A DNA stretch of 64,000 nt from a virus (taxonomy: Duplodnaviria; Caudoviricetes), in the IMG/VR virus record IMGVR_UViG_3300035208_008180. One strand, 5' to 3'. Each line of letters opens with the position of its first letter. The stretch's first letter is position 1. Under the pieces are notes generated by a model, which searched no databases, was not told the DNA's origin, and saw only the letters and a program-made list of their open reading frames with translations. Below are positions 1 to 9,593 of the stretch, piece after piece. A program made the translations under genes and the position numbers.

Positions 1-240
1 AGTTCAAGTTCAAGTTCAAGTTCAAGTTCAAGTTCAAGTTCAAGTTCAAGTTCAAGTTCAAGTTCAAGTTCAAGTTCAAGTTCAAGTTCAAGTTCAAGTT
101 CAAGTTCAAGTTCAAGTTCAAGTTCAAGTTCAAAAAGCTCAAAGGGTTCAAGCTCAAGCTCAAAGGGTTCAAGCTCAAGCTCAAGCTCAAAGGGTTCAAG
201 CTCAAGCTCAAGCTCAAAGGGTTCAAGCTCAAGCTCAAGC
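1..240 (+). repeat. (AGTTCA)x22 tandem repeat (1-132) followed by degenerate AGCTCA/AAGGGTTCA repeats, encoding poly-Ser
   Basis: Directly visible; frame 1 reads SSSS...KSSKGSSSS without stops into the ORF at 241. Confidence 0.95.
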
Positions 241-1047
241 TTGCCAGTGATGAAAATTTCATCACCTTCAAGCTCAAGCTCAAGCTTAGGCGGTTCCAGT
301 TCGAGTGGCTCAGGAAGCTCAGGCTCTAGTTCGAGCGGCGGCAAACCACTAATGGGTTTTGGCACGAGTATAAACAACAATGAATTAAGAAGCTTGGCAA
401 AAAATTGCAACGTAGCAGAAATTGGGGAAAAAATTACAGAAGAAACAATGGCTTTATTAATTGGACAACCTGTTAGTTTAGTTGTTTATTCATATAATCC
501 AATGTTTGAAGAAATAGAAAAAATTAAAGGAAAAATAAATTATACATTTTGTAAAACAGAAATATTTGCTTATGAAAACTTAGAAATCGCCAATTGCGAT
601 TTGCTTTTAATCAACCCATTAAAATATAATTTGCTATACAAATGTCACAAAAATGTAAATAAATGGATTGCATTAAAAAGCCCTGGAAACGATGATGCTC
701 TTTTGGTTTTGCAACATTTCTTAGAACAATATCCAGAATGGTCTATAATTTATCACAACACAGACCCATCAAAAAAATATGGGGATAATACATTGACAAT
801 ATTGAGTCGTTTTCCAGCAGATAAATTTATAATACCAGTAATGCCCCAAGTTGTATTTCGCACCCATCAAGATTCAATAAGTGTGTGCAATTCATGCGTA
901 TTCAGGAGACAAAATCGTTGCACAATCAGTGGAGGCTATTTGGGAAGAATGACAAAAGATAATGAGACAACATGGGTGTCAGATGCTTGTCCTATTGCAA
1001 CGAGAAAAAAATCCTCATCATCACTGTCCAGAAAATTCTTTGTTTAA
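1..1047 (+). CDS. 5'-truncated Ser-rich protein with methyltransferase-like and Cys-rich C-terminal segments
   Basis: Frame open from base 1; C-terminus has FLEQYPEWSII..NTLTILSR and CNSC..RC..CP motifs. Confidence 0.7.
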   Translation, partial: SSSSSSSSSSSSSSSSSSSSSSSSSSSSSSSSSSSSSSSSSSSSKSSKGSSSSSKGSSSSSSSKGSSSSSSSKGSSSSSSLPVMKISSPSSSSSSLGGSSSSGSGSSGSSSSGGKPLMGFGTSINNNELRSLAKNCNVAEIGEKITEETMALLIGQPVSLVVYSYNPMFEEIEKIKGKINYTFCKTEIFAYENLEIANCDLLLINPLKYNLLYKCHKNVNKWIALKSPGNDDALLVLQHFLEQYPEWSIIYHNTDPSKKYGDNTLTILSRFPADKFIIPVMPQVVFRTHQDSISVCNSCVFRRQNRCTISGGYLGRMTKDNETTWVSDACPIATRKKSSSSLSRKFFV

Positions 1048-1385
1048 CTTTTTCTGTCTATGACATGTAGATAGCACACATAAACAGGCAATCCTTGCTC
1101 TTGTCCAATCTGCCTATATTCTATTTCTAACTTCGTCCCAGGAAAAGTATCGTATTGCAGAAGGTCTTTTAATCGACTCAATACGCCATTGATAAAATCT
1201 GGCGAACCCGTGATACGCAATCCATCTTCTCTGAATTTAGTACCCTTATGCTGCTTGTTCACTGGAGTGGGACGCAAAGGCATATTAGGACGCAAACCTT
1301 GCCAAAATTTGATAATATCAGCCCGCTTTGCTTTCCACGGCTTCGCTTCAATATATTCTCTAAAAATATATTCTCTAAAATTCAC
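1044..1385 (-). CDS. hypothetical protein (N-terminal MNFREY motif)
   Basis: ORF track. Confidence 0.7.
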   Translation of the reverse strand: MNFREYIFREYIEAKPWKAKRADIIKFWQGLRPNMPLRPTPVNKQHKGTKFREDGLRITGSPDFINGVLSRLKDLLQYDTFPGTKLEIEYRQIGQEQGLPVYVCYLHVIDRKS

Positions 1386-1730
1386 TTGATTCCCTTGATT
1401 TTTTTAGGATTCAACACAGGACGTTTGGTTTGATGAGGTGAACCTCTTCTTCTTTTAACTTTAGCTCTACATCCACAACAACCCATAATGTCCTCCTATA
1501 AAATATTTAGACAACACAATTTTTTTTTAAACAAGAAGTGTAAATATTATAACCACCAATCAAGGAGATTATTATGCGATGCAAAGATCGTGACGGAAAT
1601 TACAGAACAGCTACATGGCGATATTTCTATGCAAGTTGCCCCAAAGTCAATCAGCTATGCAGCGGTTCGGGTGCCTATGTGGCTGCTGTAACCGTATGCT
1701 GGATGAATCTGTGGTAAATAGGGATGCCAT

Positions 1731-2309
1731 ATGTTGTGTGCCGTTTCTTTTCGCTATTTTCAAGAACACTTGAAACATAGCCCTTATAACTATTTAGAAA
1801 TCGGCATTTATAATGGCGATGGTCCTTGTCTATTGGCTAAAGAGTTCCCAAATAAGACAATCTATACTATTGATCCTTTTATTGAGGATGGACACACAAC
1901 ACAAATAAGCGGCGTACAACGAAATGAAAAACTTTCCCGTCAAAAAACAAACTTTTTGTCTCACAAGGCCGCTTTAACAAACATTGTTCATTTTGAAATG
2001 ACCTCATTTGATTTTTTACAATCAATTAAAGGAAAACAAGAGGAAATAGACAAAATGAACATTGGCAATGTTCTTATTGACGGCTCTCATCATTATGAAG
2101 ATATTTTAATTGATATTGAATTAGTAAGGCTGCTTACACATAGGCATGAAACACATATTATATTTGATGATTACAATGACAAACATTATGATGTCAAAAG
2201 GGCTGTAAATTATTTTAGGGCAAACTATGCGATCAAAAAAGAAACGCCTCTTCATGACGGAACGTTTCTTCTTATGGAAACAAAATGGCCGCTACTCAAA
2301 ATGATATAA
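1731..2309 (+). CDS. class I SAM-dependent methyltransferase (Methyltransf_24-like)
   Basis: YLEIGIYNG, IDPF, IDGSHHYE, IFDDY motifs. Confidence 0.8.
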   Translation: MLCAVSFRYFQEHLKHSPYNYLEIGIYNGDGPCLLAKEFPNKTIYTIDPFIEDGHTTQISGVQRNEKLSRQKTNFLSHKAALTNIVHFEMTSFDFLQSIKGKQEEIDKMNIGNVLIDGSHHYEDILIDIELVRLLTHRHETHIIFDDYNDKHYDVKRAVNYFRANYAIKKETPLHDGTFLLMETKWPLLKMI

Positions 2310-2310
2310 A

Positions 2311-2345
2311 CAAAAAACCCAAGCTTTTTTGGCTTGGGTTTTTTG
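2311..2345. terminator. bidirectional intrinsic terminator
   Basis: AAAAAACCCAAGC-loop-GCTTGGGTTTTTT between convergent genes. Confidence 0.8.
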
Positions 2346-2365
2346 TTTTCCCTAATCCTAAAATT

Positions 2366-2638
2366 TTACATTCCTTGTGGAGGTGGTGCCCCGGCTCCTT
2401 GATCTGGGGGTGGCTCTGCCCCTGCACCGCCACCAAGTGCTTCCTTAACCTTATTCAAAAGATCAATAGCCTGATCCAATAAAGCTGCCGGGTCGTCCCC
2501 GCCGCCTTCACCGCCTTGTTCCCCGCCACCAGCATCGCCGCCCATGCCCATTTCTGGACCGCCGCCCATCGGTGGGCCAGCTTGCTCTTTTAATAATCCC
2601 GCTAATTTCAAAGCATAGTAATTCTTTTGCATACTCAT
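2366..2638 (-). CDS. Gly/Pro-rich hypothetical protein
   Basis: ORF with GGAG SD upstream. Confidence 0.75.
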   Translation of the reverse strand: MSMQKNYYALKLAGLLKEQAGPPMGGGPEMGMGGDAGGGEQGGEGGGDDPAALLDQAIDLLNKVKEALGGGAGAEPPPDQGAGAPPPQGM

Positions 2639-2650
2639 ATTTTTTCTCCG

Positions 2651-2869
2651 TTATTGATTACTGTGTTGTTGAAGATCACTTACTTTTAAACCCAAGAAAT
2701 TTAAAATAATATCAACTGCTGCGACTTTTAATTCAACTGGCACTTTTGTTAAACCCATAGCTCGCAGATGTGGTAACACCATTCTCTCTGTGGTTTGGGC
2801 TATTTGCCACGCTGGCATGTCTCGTTGTTGCCCAAATTGAGATTCCGAGAATTCAGCAAATGTCTTCAT
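2651..2869 (-). CDS. hypothetical protein (MKTFAEFSE N-terminus)
   Basis: ORF track. Confidence 0.65.
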   Translation of the reverse strand: MKTFAEFSESQFGQQRDMPAWQIAQTTERMVLPHLRAMGLTKVPVELKVAAVDIILNFLGLKVSDLQQHSNQ

Positions 2870-2889
2870 GTCTTTATATATACTTTAGA

Positions 2890-3678
2890 ATGAATTTTAG
2901 AAAATTCCTTGAATCTGATTGGTCTTCTCTTCGCCCTCCCCAAAGGGAGTTCCCCTTTATGCATGAACCGGGCTATTATCGTAAGGCCGCACCATTCCTA
3001 GATAAAGATATGTTCAGCCCCGATGAGGACCAGGATTTTGAGACTTGGAACCTCTACCACGTCACCACTAACCTTTCCGCCGTTAGAGCTTCTGGGCGTC
3101 TAAAAAGCAGATCAGAATTAGGTCAAAATAACTGGGGATTGGGAAAATCTCAATATGACAACCCCCGAATGGTGTCCACAACCCATGATATGAACAGAGC
3201 CCGCCAAATCTATGACCAGATGAAGTTGGTAACAGAATTGGCCAGAGGCTTGGTGCCCGCCCATACGGTCTGGGATATGGCTACAGACGCTCTATACGAG
3301 CCGTGGGATCATTCGGAAATAAGAAGTGTCCTCAAGTCCTATTTGCCCCGCAATATTTATAAATCAATGGCAGAGGGCGAGGTTGAAGAGGCAGAAATGG
3401 ACAAATATATTAAGACTGCTGAAGCAATCTATGCCTTTATGCAATCCCTGGAATCGGCGGTATCAGAAATCGAACTAGATTCCAATAGAGACACAAATGA
3501 TCTGAGTGTAATGGGATTTGCAGCCGATTTTGAAGATATGAAGAAAATCGACCCCAATCAGATAGCCATTATCCAAGTGGTGGCCAGAAAAGATGCTCAA
3601 TCCGAACAAAACCCGCAAGAAAGAGAAGTTAAATTCTTCCCACAAGACCTAAGAATTATTAGGTATTGGCAGCCGTAA
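2890..3678 (+). CDS. hypothetical protein (MNFRKFLE start; LYHVT motif)
   Basis: Start moved to ATG 2890 to avoid antisense overlap. Confidence 0.7.
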   Translation: MNFRKFLESDWSSLRPPQREFPFMHEPGYYRKAAPFLDKDMFSPDEDQDFETWNLYHVTTNLSAVRASGRLKSRSELGQNNWGLGKSQYDNPRMVSTTHDMNRARQIYDQMKLVTELARGLVPAHTVWDMATDALYEPWDHSEIRSVLKSYLPRNIYKSMAEGEVEEAEMDKYIKTAEAIYAFMQSLESAVSEIELDSNRDTNDLSVMGFAADFEDMKKIDPNQIAIIQVVARKDAQSEQNPQEREVKFFPQDLRIIRYWQP

Positions 3679-4039
3679 CATCTCGAACATTTTCCAAATA
3701 TTTTCCTGCCCAATAAGCATCCATTTCTTCGATGCCATAATTTACATCATCAAACCAGGATTCTTTGCCATTATCAATAAAACACACAAATCGAGTGCCT
3801 TTTTTGAGAACTAATGCAAAGCTATTAAAAATAATTGTTTCTTTTTCTTTTGCTGTATATAACCAAAACTCTAGAAATCCCGATTCCTCTAATTCACTAA
3901 CCACAGTTTTGTCATAACTATATAAATCCTCTTTCAAAAACCCCTCTCTCTTCACGCAATTTTCGGCTGCTTCCTCCTCTTCGTGCTTCTTGGCAGCCAA
4001 AGCATACAATTCTGCTGAGGTCATTTTGCTAATGTTCAT
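3659..4039 (-). CDS. hypothetical protein
   Basis: ORF translationally coupled to upstream gene. Confidence 0.7.
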   Translation of the reverse strand: MNISKMTSAELYALAAKKHEEEEAAENCVKREGFLKEDLYSYDKTVVSELEESGFLEFWLYTAKEKETIIFNSFALVLKKGTRFVCFIDNGKESWFDDVNYGIEEMDAYWAGKYLENVRDVTAANT

Positions 4040-4281
4040 TTTTCTTCCTTAAACGCATCAATCTTGTCTTGGATTTCCTTGGCCAACTCAGGCTGGCCTT
4101 CCTTGAATTTATTGTTTAACTCTACGCAATCAGCACAAATGGCCATCACGGACACATTGTGATTGGTGCCGTTTATAACTGTTTCAACAATGATTTTCTT
4201 GCCGCATTTGGAACATGTCAAAAGATACCCCTGACAAGCAAATCCACCCTCTGGAGCAGGAATATAATAAGAATCTGTCAT
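4036..4281 (-). CDS. small Cys-containing (CxxC..CxxC) protein
   Basis: ORF with ATGA overlaps. Confidence 0.7.
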   Translation of the reverse strand: MTDSYYIPAPEGGFACQGYLLTCSKCGKKIIVETVINGTNHNVSVMAICADCVELNNKFKEGQPELAKEIQDKIDAFKEEK

Positions 4282-5114
4282 GTCAATTCTCCTATCTTAG
4301 ACTTATGACAAAATGTAACAGAAGGATACCAAAGATTATTGCCCCATCTAGGATCAGGATTGTCGCCCAACAAACAATATGTCTTTTTGTTCAATGCCCC
4401 CGCCAAATGCATCACCAAACTATCCACCGAGACTACAAAATCTACAGCATTAATAAGCCGCATAGTGTCCAGCAGATCATTCAGCCCATTACTCAATAAC
4501 TCCATATCCTCTGCCCCTGTCGTCCATTTTGGGCAGATGTCCTTCTGCAAACTAATCAACCTTCCTTTAATTCCTTTGAATTCTTTCAAATGACACGACC
4601 TATCATCATCGTTGTAATGATTCGGATTTCCAGACCAACAAATACCTACATTTGTCCCAGATGGCAATTCCTCTTTTTCATTAAAGTGAATATAGGGAGG
4701 TTGGGGAATGTCCTTGTTGATTTGTGGCATATATTCATCCAAACTCTCTCCCATCCACCACCGCTGCATTGCTCCAGGTGTTGACCGACTAAAAGCACTT
4801 GATAAAACAAATGGCAAATCCAAACTCAAGACGTGATAATCGTGCTCTGGCAATATTTCATTGTCTTTATCAAGCCATTCTTTTGCTCCTGCATAGGGTA
4901 AAAGAGGATGCAAAATAGATGAGCAATGCACAATTACATGGCAGCCCAATGCTTGTAGTCGGGGCAAATAACGAAGAAACTGAATATTATCGCCTAATCC
5001 CTGCTCACAGTATAGCATTACCCGTTTATCTTTTAAATCGTCGCCTAACCACAACTGACTATTGCGATAAACATGACGATAATACTCCATCTTGGGATTA
5101 GTAAGTCTGTGCAT
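4278..5114 (-). CDS. glycosyltransferase family 9-like protein
   Basis: EQGLGDNIQFLRY, GICWSGN, SVDSLVMHLAGAL, RW..WYPS motifs. Confidence 0.85.
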   Translation of the reverse strand: MHRLTNPKMEYYRHVYRNSQLWLGDDLKDKRVMLYCEQGLGDNIQFLRYLPRLQALGCHVIVHCSSILHPLLPYAGAKEWLDKDNEILPEHDYHVLSLDLPFVLSSAFSRSTPGAMQRWWMGESLDEYMPQINKDIPQPPYIHFNEKEELPSGTNVGICWSGNPNHYNDDDRSCHLKEFKGIKGRLISLQKDICPKWTTGAEDMELLSNGLNDLLDTMRLINAVDFVVSVDSLVMHLAGALNKKTYCLLGDNPDPRWGNNLWYPSVTFCHKSKIGELT

Positions 5115-5262
5115 TTTGATAATGTTCGAGAACTTTTGTCAAACGCCTCAGATGCCACATTGCCCCCCGATGCGTTTGACATTTGTTGTAAATATAATTA
5201 CCTGCATATACTATCCAGGGATATTTTTCACGGTCATCATATACAACTCTCAGAAATTCCAT

Positions 5263-5682
5263 TTACTCCACCTCCCAAGGAAATACCACCCAATGATGTG
5301 GCTTTTTATACACATAATAATCAGGAATTATCGTTCCCTCTTTCCAAAAGACAACAGCTACATCTGCTTCGCCAAAATGAGCCTTAAAGGCAATGACACT
5401 ACGCCCCGAATCAATCAGATCATCTACTAACAATCCGTCTGGCTCCCACTGAAAATCATCACTGATGATCGGTTCGTGCAAAACCTTAGAATCGCCATAG
5501 CAACTAATGCCTACGCTTTTATGTGGCAACCCCAATGCTTTGGCAATTGGTTCGCTAACATTAACGCCGCCGTTGCGAATGCCCACTACATATTTGTAGT
5601 GTTGTTCAGATTGGCGAATTTGATAGAGAAGATTATCAATAGCCTGATCTATTTCTTTTTGGCTAACATATAACTTGTCCAT
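5263..5682 (-). CDS. type I phosphoribosyltransferase
   Basis: GIRNGG and PRPP-binding LLVDDLIDSG. Confidence 0.85.
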   Translation of the reverse strand: MDKLYVSQKEIDQAIDNLLYQIRQSEQHYKYVVGIRNGGVNVSEPIAKALGLPHKSVGISCYGDSKVLHEPIISDDFQWEPDGLLVDDLIDSGRSVIAFKAHFGEADVAVVFWKEGTIIPDYYVYKKPHHWVVFPWEVE

Positions 5683-5705
5683 AAGGCACCAAACACTAGT
5701 GTTTG

Positions 5706-5903
5706 TTATCCCTGATCTCTACGAAGGGCAGCCATAACTCTTGCGGCTGTCTGATCTTGTTTGGCTTGCTGAGCAGCTTTTTCTACCTTTGATAAACGAT
5801 CCTGAATCGCATTGATTTCTGTGCGATCTTCTACCCTTTTGACTATTCCAGCCAACTGTTCATTTATTTTTTTAATTTGTTCTTGTATTTCTGCAAAATC
5901 CAT
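5706..5903 (-). CDS. small coiled-coil hypothetical protein
   Basis: ORF track. Confidence 0.65.
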   Translation of the reverse strand: MDFAEIQEQIKKINEQLAGIVKRVEDRTEINAIQDRLSKVEKAAQQAKQDQTAARVMAALRRDQG

Positions 5904-6223
5904 ATTTGTTTATTTCTTTCTTAAATAAATATGCATGGCAACATGTTCTTGTTTGTCGAGTGTCAATTGCCCTACCTTGGCCAAGGCATTCTTTTCATCT
6001 TGAAACCACTCGTACTCTTGCTCATTGCCAACATTATATTTTTTAGGATCACACCACGTTACAAAATAGAGAGTATCGGGCATCGTAAGTTTTTCCTCTT
6101 TTTTCAGTGAATTGCGAGGCGGCGGCTTGTCCATATTTCTCATAATGGCAGCAATGCCATCACCGCCACCATGACAAACTTCATCGCCTGGATAATATCC
6201 CCAATCATGCATTTTGTTATCCT

Positions 6224-6493
6224 TTATACCTGATTGACGGCTGGCTCATTCGGTTCTACTCCCCATTTCTTCATATCTCTGGCATCGCTACTGCCATAAC
6301 GATTGGCGTCACAATTGTCGTCCAATCTGTTCTTCTCAGTAATATAGTATCCATTTTCGTCTTTGCAGACGACTAATTTTTCATTTCCCAATTGTTCAGT
6401 CATGGCAGCATCTACCATAGAAGCATGGCTGCCATAACGGCTGGGATATGGGTACTTTTCTGTTTTGGTGGGCATCGGGGTCGCTTTAGCCAT
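6224..6493 (-). CDS. hypothetical protein
   Basis: ORF with AAGGA SD. Confidence 0.7.
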   Translation of the reverse strand: MAKATPMPTKTEKYPYPSRYGSHASMVDAAMTEQLGNEKLVVCKDENGYYITEKNRLDDNCDANRYGSSDARDMKKWGVEPNEPAVNQV

Positions 6494-6504
6494 AGTTTTT
6501 TTCC

Positions 6505-6885
6505 TTATGCGTAAATTGTTACTACGTTGCCTTTTTTCTCTTCTTCGTCCATAAAACCTTGAAGATAATCATCGTTCTGACTGATGTTGATGCACGCCAC
6601 ATCAAAGTCGGTGTTTTTTGAGAGTTCCTTCACCTTCTGGATTACTTCTTCTGTGTTGTCTTCGCCATCATTATCCTCAAAATATTCTTCCATTTCTCTC
6701 TTCATATAGGCAAGAACATCATCTTGTCCCTTGGCGTGCAGAAATGTTTCATAACCACCACGCTCAACAAGGTCGAGCAAAGTATCCGGCTTTTGCCCAC
6801 AATGTGGACATTTTCCCCTCTTTTTGACCGCAACAATGAAACTCATGCTGCTGCTATTAGACACAAAACCTATGCGAATTTTCAT
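6505..6885 (-). CDS. MKIRxGFVSNSSS-family phage protein
   Basis: MKIRIGFVSNSSSMSF; TAATG coupling with upstream paralog. Confidence 0.8.
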   Translation of the reverse strand: MKIRIGFVSNSSSMSFIVAVKKRGKCPHCGQKPDTLLDLVERGGYETFLHAKGQDDVLAYMKREMEEYFEDNDGEDNTEEVIQKVKELSKNTDFDVACINISQNDDYLQGFMDEEEKKGNVVTIYA

Positions 6886-7307
6886 TAGCAGGCGTACTCC
6901 CCACTGTGTAAAATTGCCTCTTTCCCAAATAATTCCAAACAAGCCTTGTTAGTGGCAATCATCCTGTCAATTGTCACTTGTCCCTTTCCACTGGGAGAAT
7001 TTCCAACAAATACTTGTTCTTCCGTATCACATTCACCAGTATAATTCTGAAATCCCAACCCATGCAACTCGCAAACCTCTTCTGCCCTGTTTGCCAAATC
7101 ATCTTCATCCTCTTTTACAAAGGTATGTTCTCCACACTCTGGGCAGTATAAAGCACTAGCACGATCAAATTCGTGCTCACATCCATTTACCATCTGTGGC
7201 TTTAATCCCAAAGCCTTTGCAACATCTGCTATGGAGATGAAACCAACGCCAAAAATGCAAAAAGAACTAGTTGAACTATTGGACACAAAACCTTGTCTGA
7301 TTTTCAT
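6885..7307 (-). CDS. MKIRxGFVSNSSS-family phage protein with Zn ribbon
   Basis: MKIRQGFVSNSSTSSF, CEH..CPECG. Confidence 0.8.
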   Translation of the reverse strand: MKIRQGFVSNSSTSSFCIFGVGFISIADVAKALGLKPQMVNGCEHEFDRASALYCPECGEHTFVKEDEDDLANRAEEVCELHGLGFQNYTGECDTEEQVFVGNSPSGKGQVTIDRMIATNKACLELFGKEAILHSGEYAC

Positions 7308-7353
7308 GATCTTCTCCTGACTGTCGGTATTTTATCGCAAACAAAAAATATTA

Positions 7354-7614
7354 TCAATGGGTCTTTTTCCACTTAACATATTTCCTGATTTGAGGATGTT
7401 CAAGAAGTTTTTTCTTGGTGTTATACCGCTCCCCAAGCTCTTTTTCAGAGGCAAATTCATGAATAGTCTTATGACAAGTTTTGCACAAATGCAAACCACA
7501 AGCTAGTTCAGCTTTCGTATATGCCTTTTTTATACGCTTCTTGCCATGTAGAGTACGTGGAATACAATGATGAAAATTATAGGCATCTTCATTTTCGCAT
7601 AGTTCGCATAACAT
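7354..7614 (-). CDS. small HNH-like protein
   Basis: CELC, HHCIP, CKTCHKTIH. Confidence 0.7.
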   Translation of the reverse strand: MLCELCENEDAYNFHHCIPRTLHGKKRIKKAYTKAELACGLHLCKTCHKTIHEFASEKELGERYNTKKKLLEHPQIRKYVKWKKTH

Positions 7615-7638
7615 GCCCCGATTATAATGATGAGAAAA

Positions 7639-8046
7639 TTAAATGTCAATGCCATCTGGTCTGGATAGCATGTCTTTGCCCCAAATAAATTTTAGACCAA
7701 CCCCATCCCGATCTTGCGTATGAAGAGTTTTAATAGTGTCTATCAATGCGGCTGGCTTGGCAAGCATGCCTTTGCCCCAAATAAAATTAGGTTTACCAGT
7801 CTCTTCGTGTGACTTTTCATAAGCAGGAGCTTGTATTTCTAAACCCTCTGGTTTAGATAACATGCCCTTGCCCCAAGCAAACTTTAATTTACGATCCTCG
7901 ATTGGCATGTAAGTGACAGCATCAGCAGACCACGTAATCAAATCTGATGGTGGGTAGAGCCCAATGCCTCCATATGACATGGGATAAAGAGATTGTTTTG
8001 AACCAGGGGCACCAGCGTTTTCAAGAAGCCATTCTCGGAATTCCAT
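7639..8046 (-). CDS. hypothetical protein with three F(A/I)WGK(G/D)ML(S/A)(K/R)P repeats
   Basis: Internal repeats in translation; MEFREWLLE start. Confidence 0.75.
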   Translation of the reverse strand: MEFREWLLENAGAPGSKQSLYPMSYGGIGLYPPSDLITWSADAVTYMPIEDRKLKFAWGKGMLSKPEGLEIQAPAYEKSHEETGKPNFIWGKGMLAKPAALIDTIKTLHTQDRDGVGLKFIWGKDMLSRPDGIDI

Positions 8047-8393
8047 AATAATTATATAGCATCAGTCGCCCTAAATCAAATCATGACCAATGCCAATATC
8101 TAAAATTGTTTTGTCGCTATCTTCAAACTCGGCAAAACACAAATTGTTCGTGGTATAACAATTCACCAACACCCCATCTGTTATGCCCACTTCCAAATCA
8201 AGATCAAATTCAATCAATTTTAATATCATTTCCCGCACTGTCATTTTTTTTCCTCCACTTCTTCCACCAATGACAAAGAAGCCTGTTCCAGAAAAATCCT
8301 ATCGTTGTTGTGAAAATAGAAAGCAAAGTATATGCAATAACGGTTGTGAGACTTATGCCAAGGTCTATAAAACTTCGCTTCTTTTTCATGCCA

Positions 8394-9296
8394 CTATCTA
8401 TTCCGCAAAGCCATCAAATACTTTTTGATACCTTGGTATAAATCATATTCAGGAACATAACCAAATGCTGCCTTGGCCTTCTCAATACAACATTCCGTAT
8501 AATCCTGATATGCGTCAGCAAATGGACAGTCAATAAATTCAGGCTCTATCACACTATAAGTTTCCTTGGCTATCGCACTTAAAACTTCAATAAATTTGTA
8601 TGCACAACCACAACCTATGTTGAAAATACCACTCGCATCCGACTGCATTGCCAGCATATTGGCATTTACCACATCATCAATATAAACCCAGTCTCGCCGC
8701 TGCAATCCCCATTTGAAAAGCTTGATTGGCTGTCCTTTCATGACTTTGCGAATCATTTGTCCAATCATACTCATCCTGTGGCCCTTATGATCTTCGCCAG
8801 GACCATAGACATTTGAATAACGAAGACCAATCACATTTTTCCTTAAATCAGTGGGAAGCCTTTTGAAGAAATCATATTGGTCAAATCTTAGCTTTGATCT
8901 TCCATATGCATTAAGAGGATTCTCTTCGGTTATGCCTTCAACATATGGTGCTGGGGAGCTTCCATAGACAGCACAAGAACTTGCATAAATAAATTTCTTG
9001 ACACCCCATTCACTGGCTCTCGTGAGTAAATATACAGAATCTTCGTAATTGATTCTCATCATTTCGACTTCATCTTGGCATAACGTATCGTTGTTTGCCG
9101 CCTGATGAAAAACAACATCCTTGTCGCTGGTAGCAAACCGATCAATTCCACGAAGCCCACAATATGTAACTTTAGCTCTGGGGTCGATGGTTTCGCCACC
9201 CATAGCGGTTACAGTGACTTCATGACCTTCATCGAGAAGTCTTTTGGCGAGATTGCCGCCAATAAAGCCACCACCACCTGTAACTAAACACCTCAT
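8394..9296 (-). CDS. NAD-dependent epimerase/dehydratase, HldD/RfaD-like
   Basis: VTGGGGFIG, YASS, YGRSK, NVYGPGEDHKG, RDWVYIDDV. Confidence 0.85.
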   Translation of the reverse strand: MRCLVTGGGGFIGGNLAKRLLDEGHEVTVTAMGGETIDPRAKVTYCGLRGIDRFATSDKDVVFHQAANNDTLCQDEVEMMRINYEDSVYLLTRASEWGVKKFIYASSCAVYGSSPAPYVEGITEENPLNAYGRSKLRFDQYDFFKRLPTDLRKNVIGLRYSNVYGPGEDHKGHRMSMIGQMIRKVMKGQPIKLFKWGLQRRDWVYIDDVVNANMLAMQSDASGIFNIGCGCAYKFIEVLSAIAKETYSVIEPEFIDCPFADAYQDYTECCIEKAKAAFGYVPEYDLYQGIKKYLMALRNR

Positions 9297-9593
9297 ATTA
9301 CACCTCTTTGACTCGATTATATGTTCTAAGGTTTTGTCTGTCAATCTGAAAAAAATAAACAAACAACAAGTGTAAATAAGTAGTGAGCAATCAATTCAGC
9401 AATGCTTTTAATAATGCTTTTGAAAAAACACCAACATTGGTTGTGTGTAGAGGAAAAAATTATTACTGCACATCCCTAAACCTATGTGCCACACCAATTT
9501 ATATAAAAGGAGCTTATGTTCCATCTATAACAGTGTGCCAAGCATATGCATTACTGCTAAATTTATTAAAAATATTCAGATAGGAAAAAAATT

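Noticed and set aside
1-240. CRISPR array or telomere-like repeat
   Set aside because: 6-bp tandem unit without spacers; in frame as poly-Ser
241-243. TTG start of the first ORF
   Set aside because: Frame is open from base 1, so the gene starts upstream of the window
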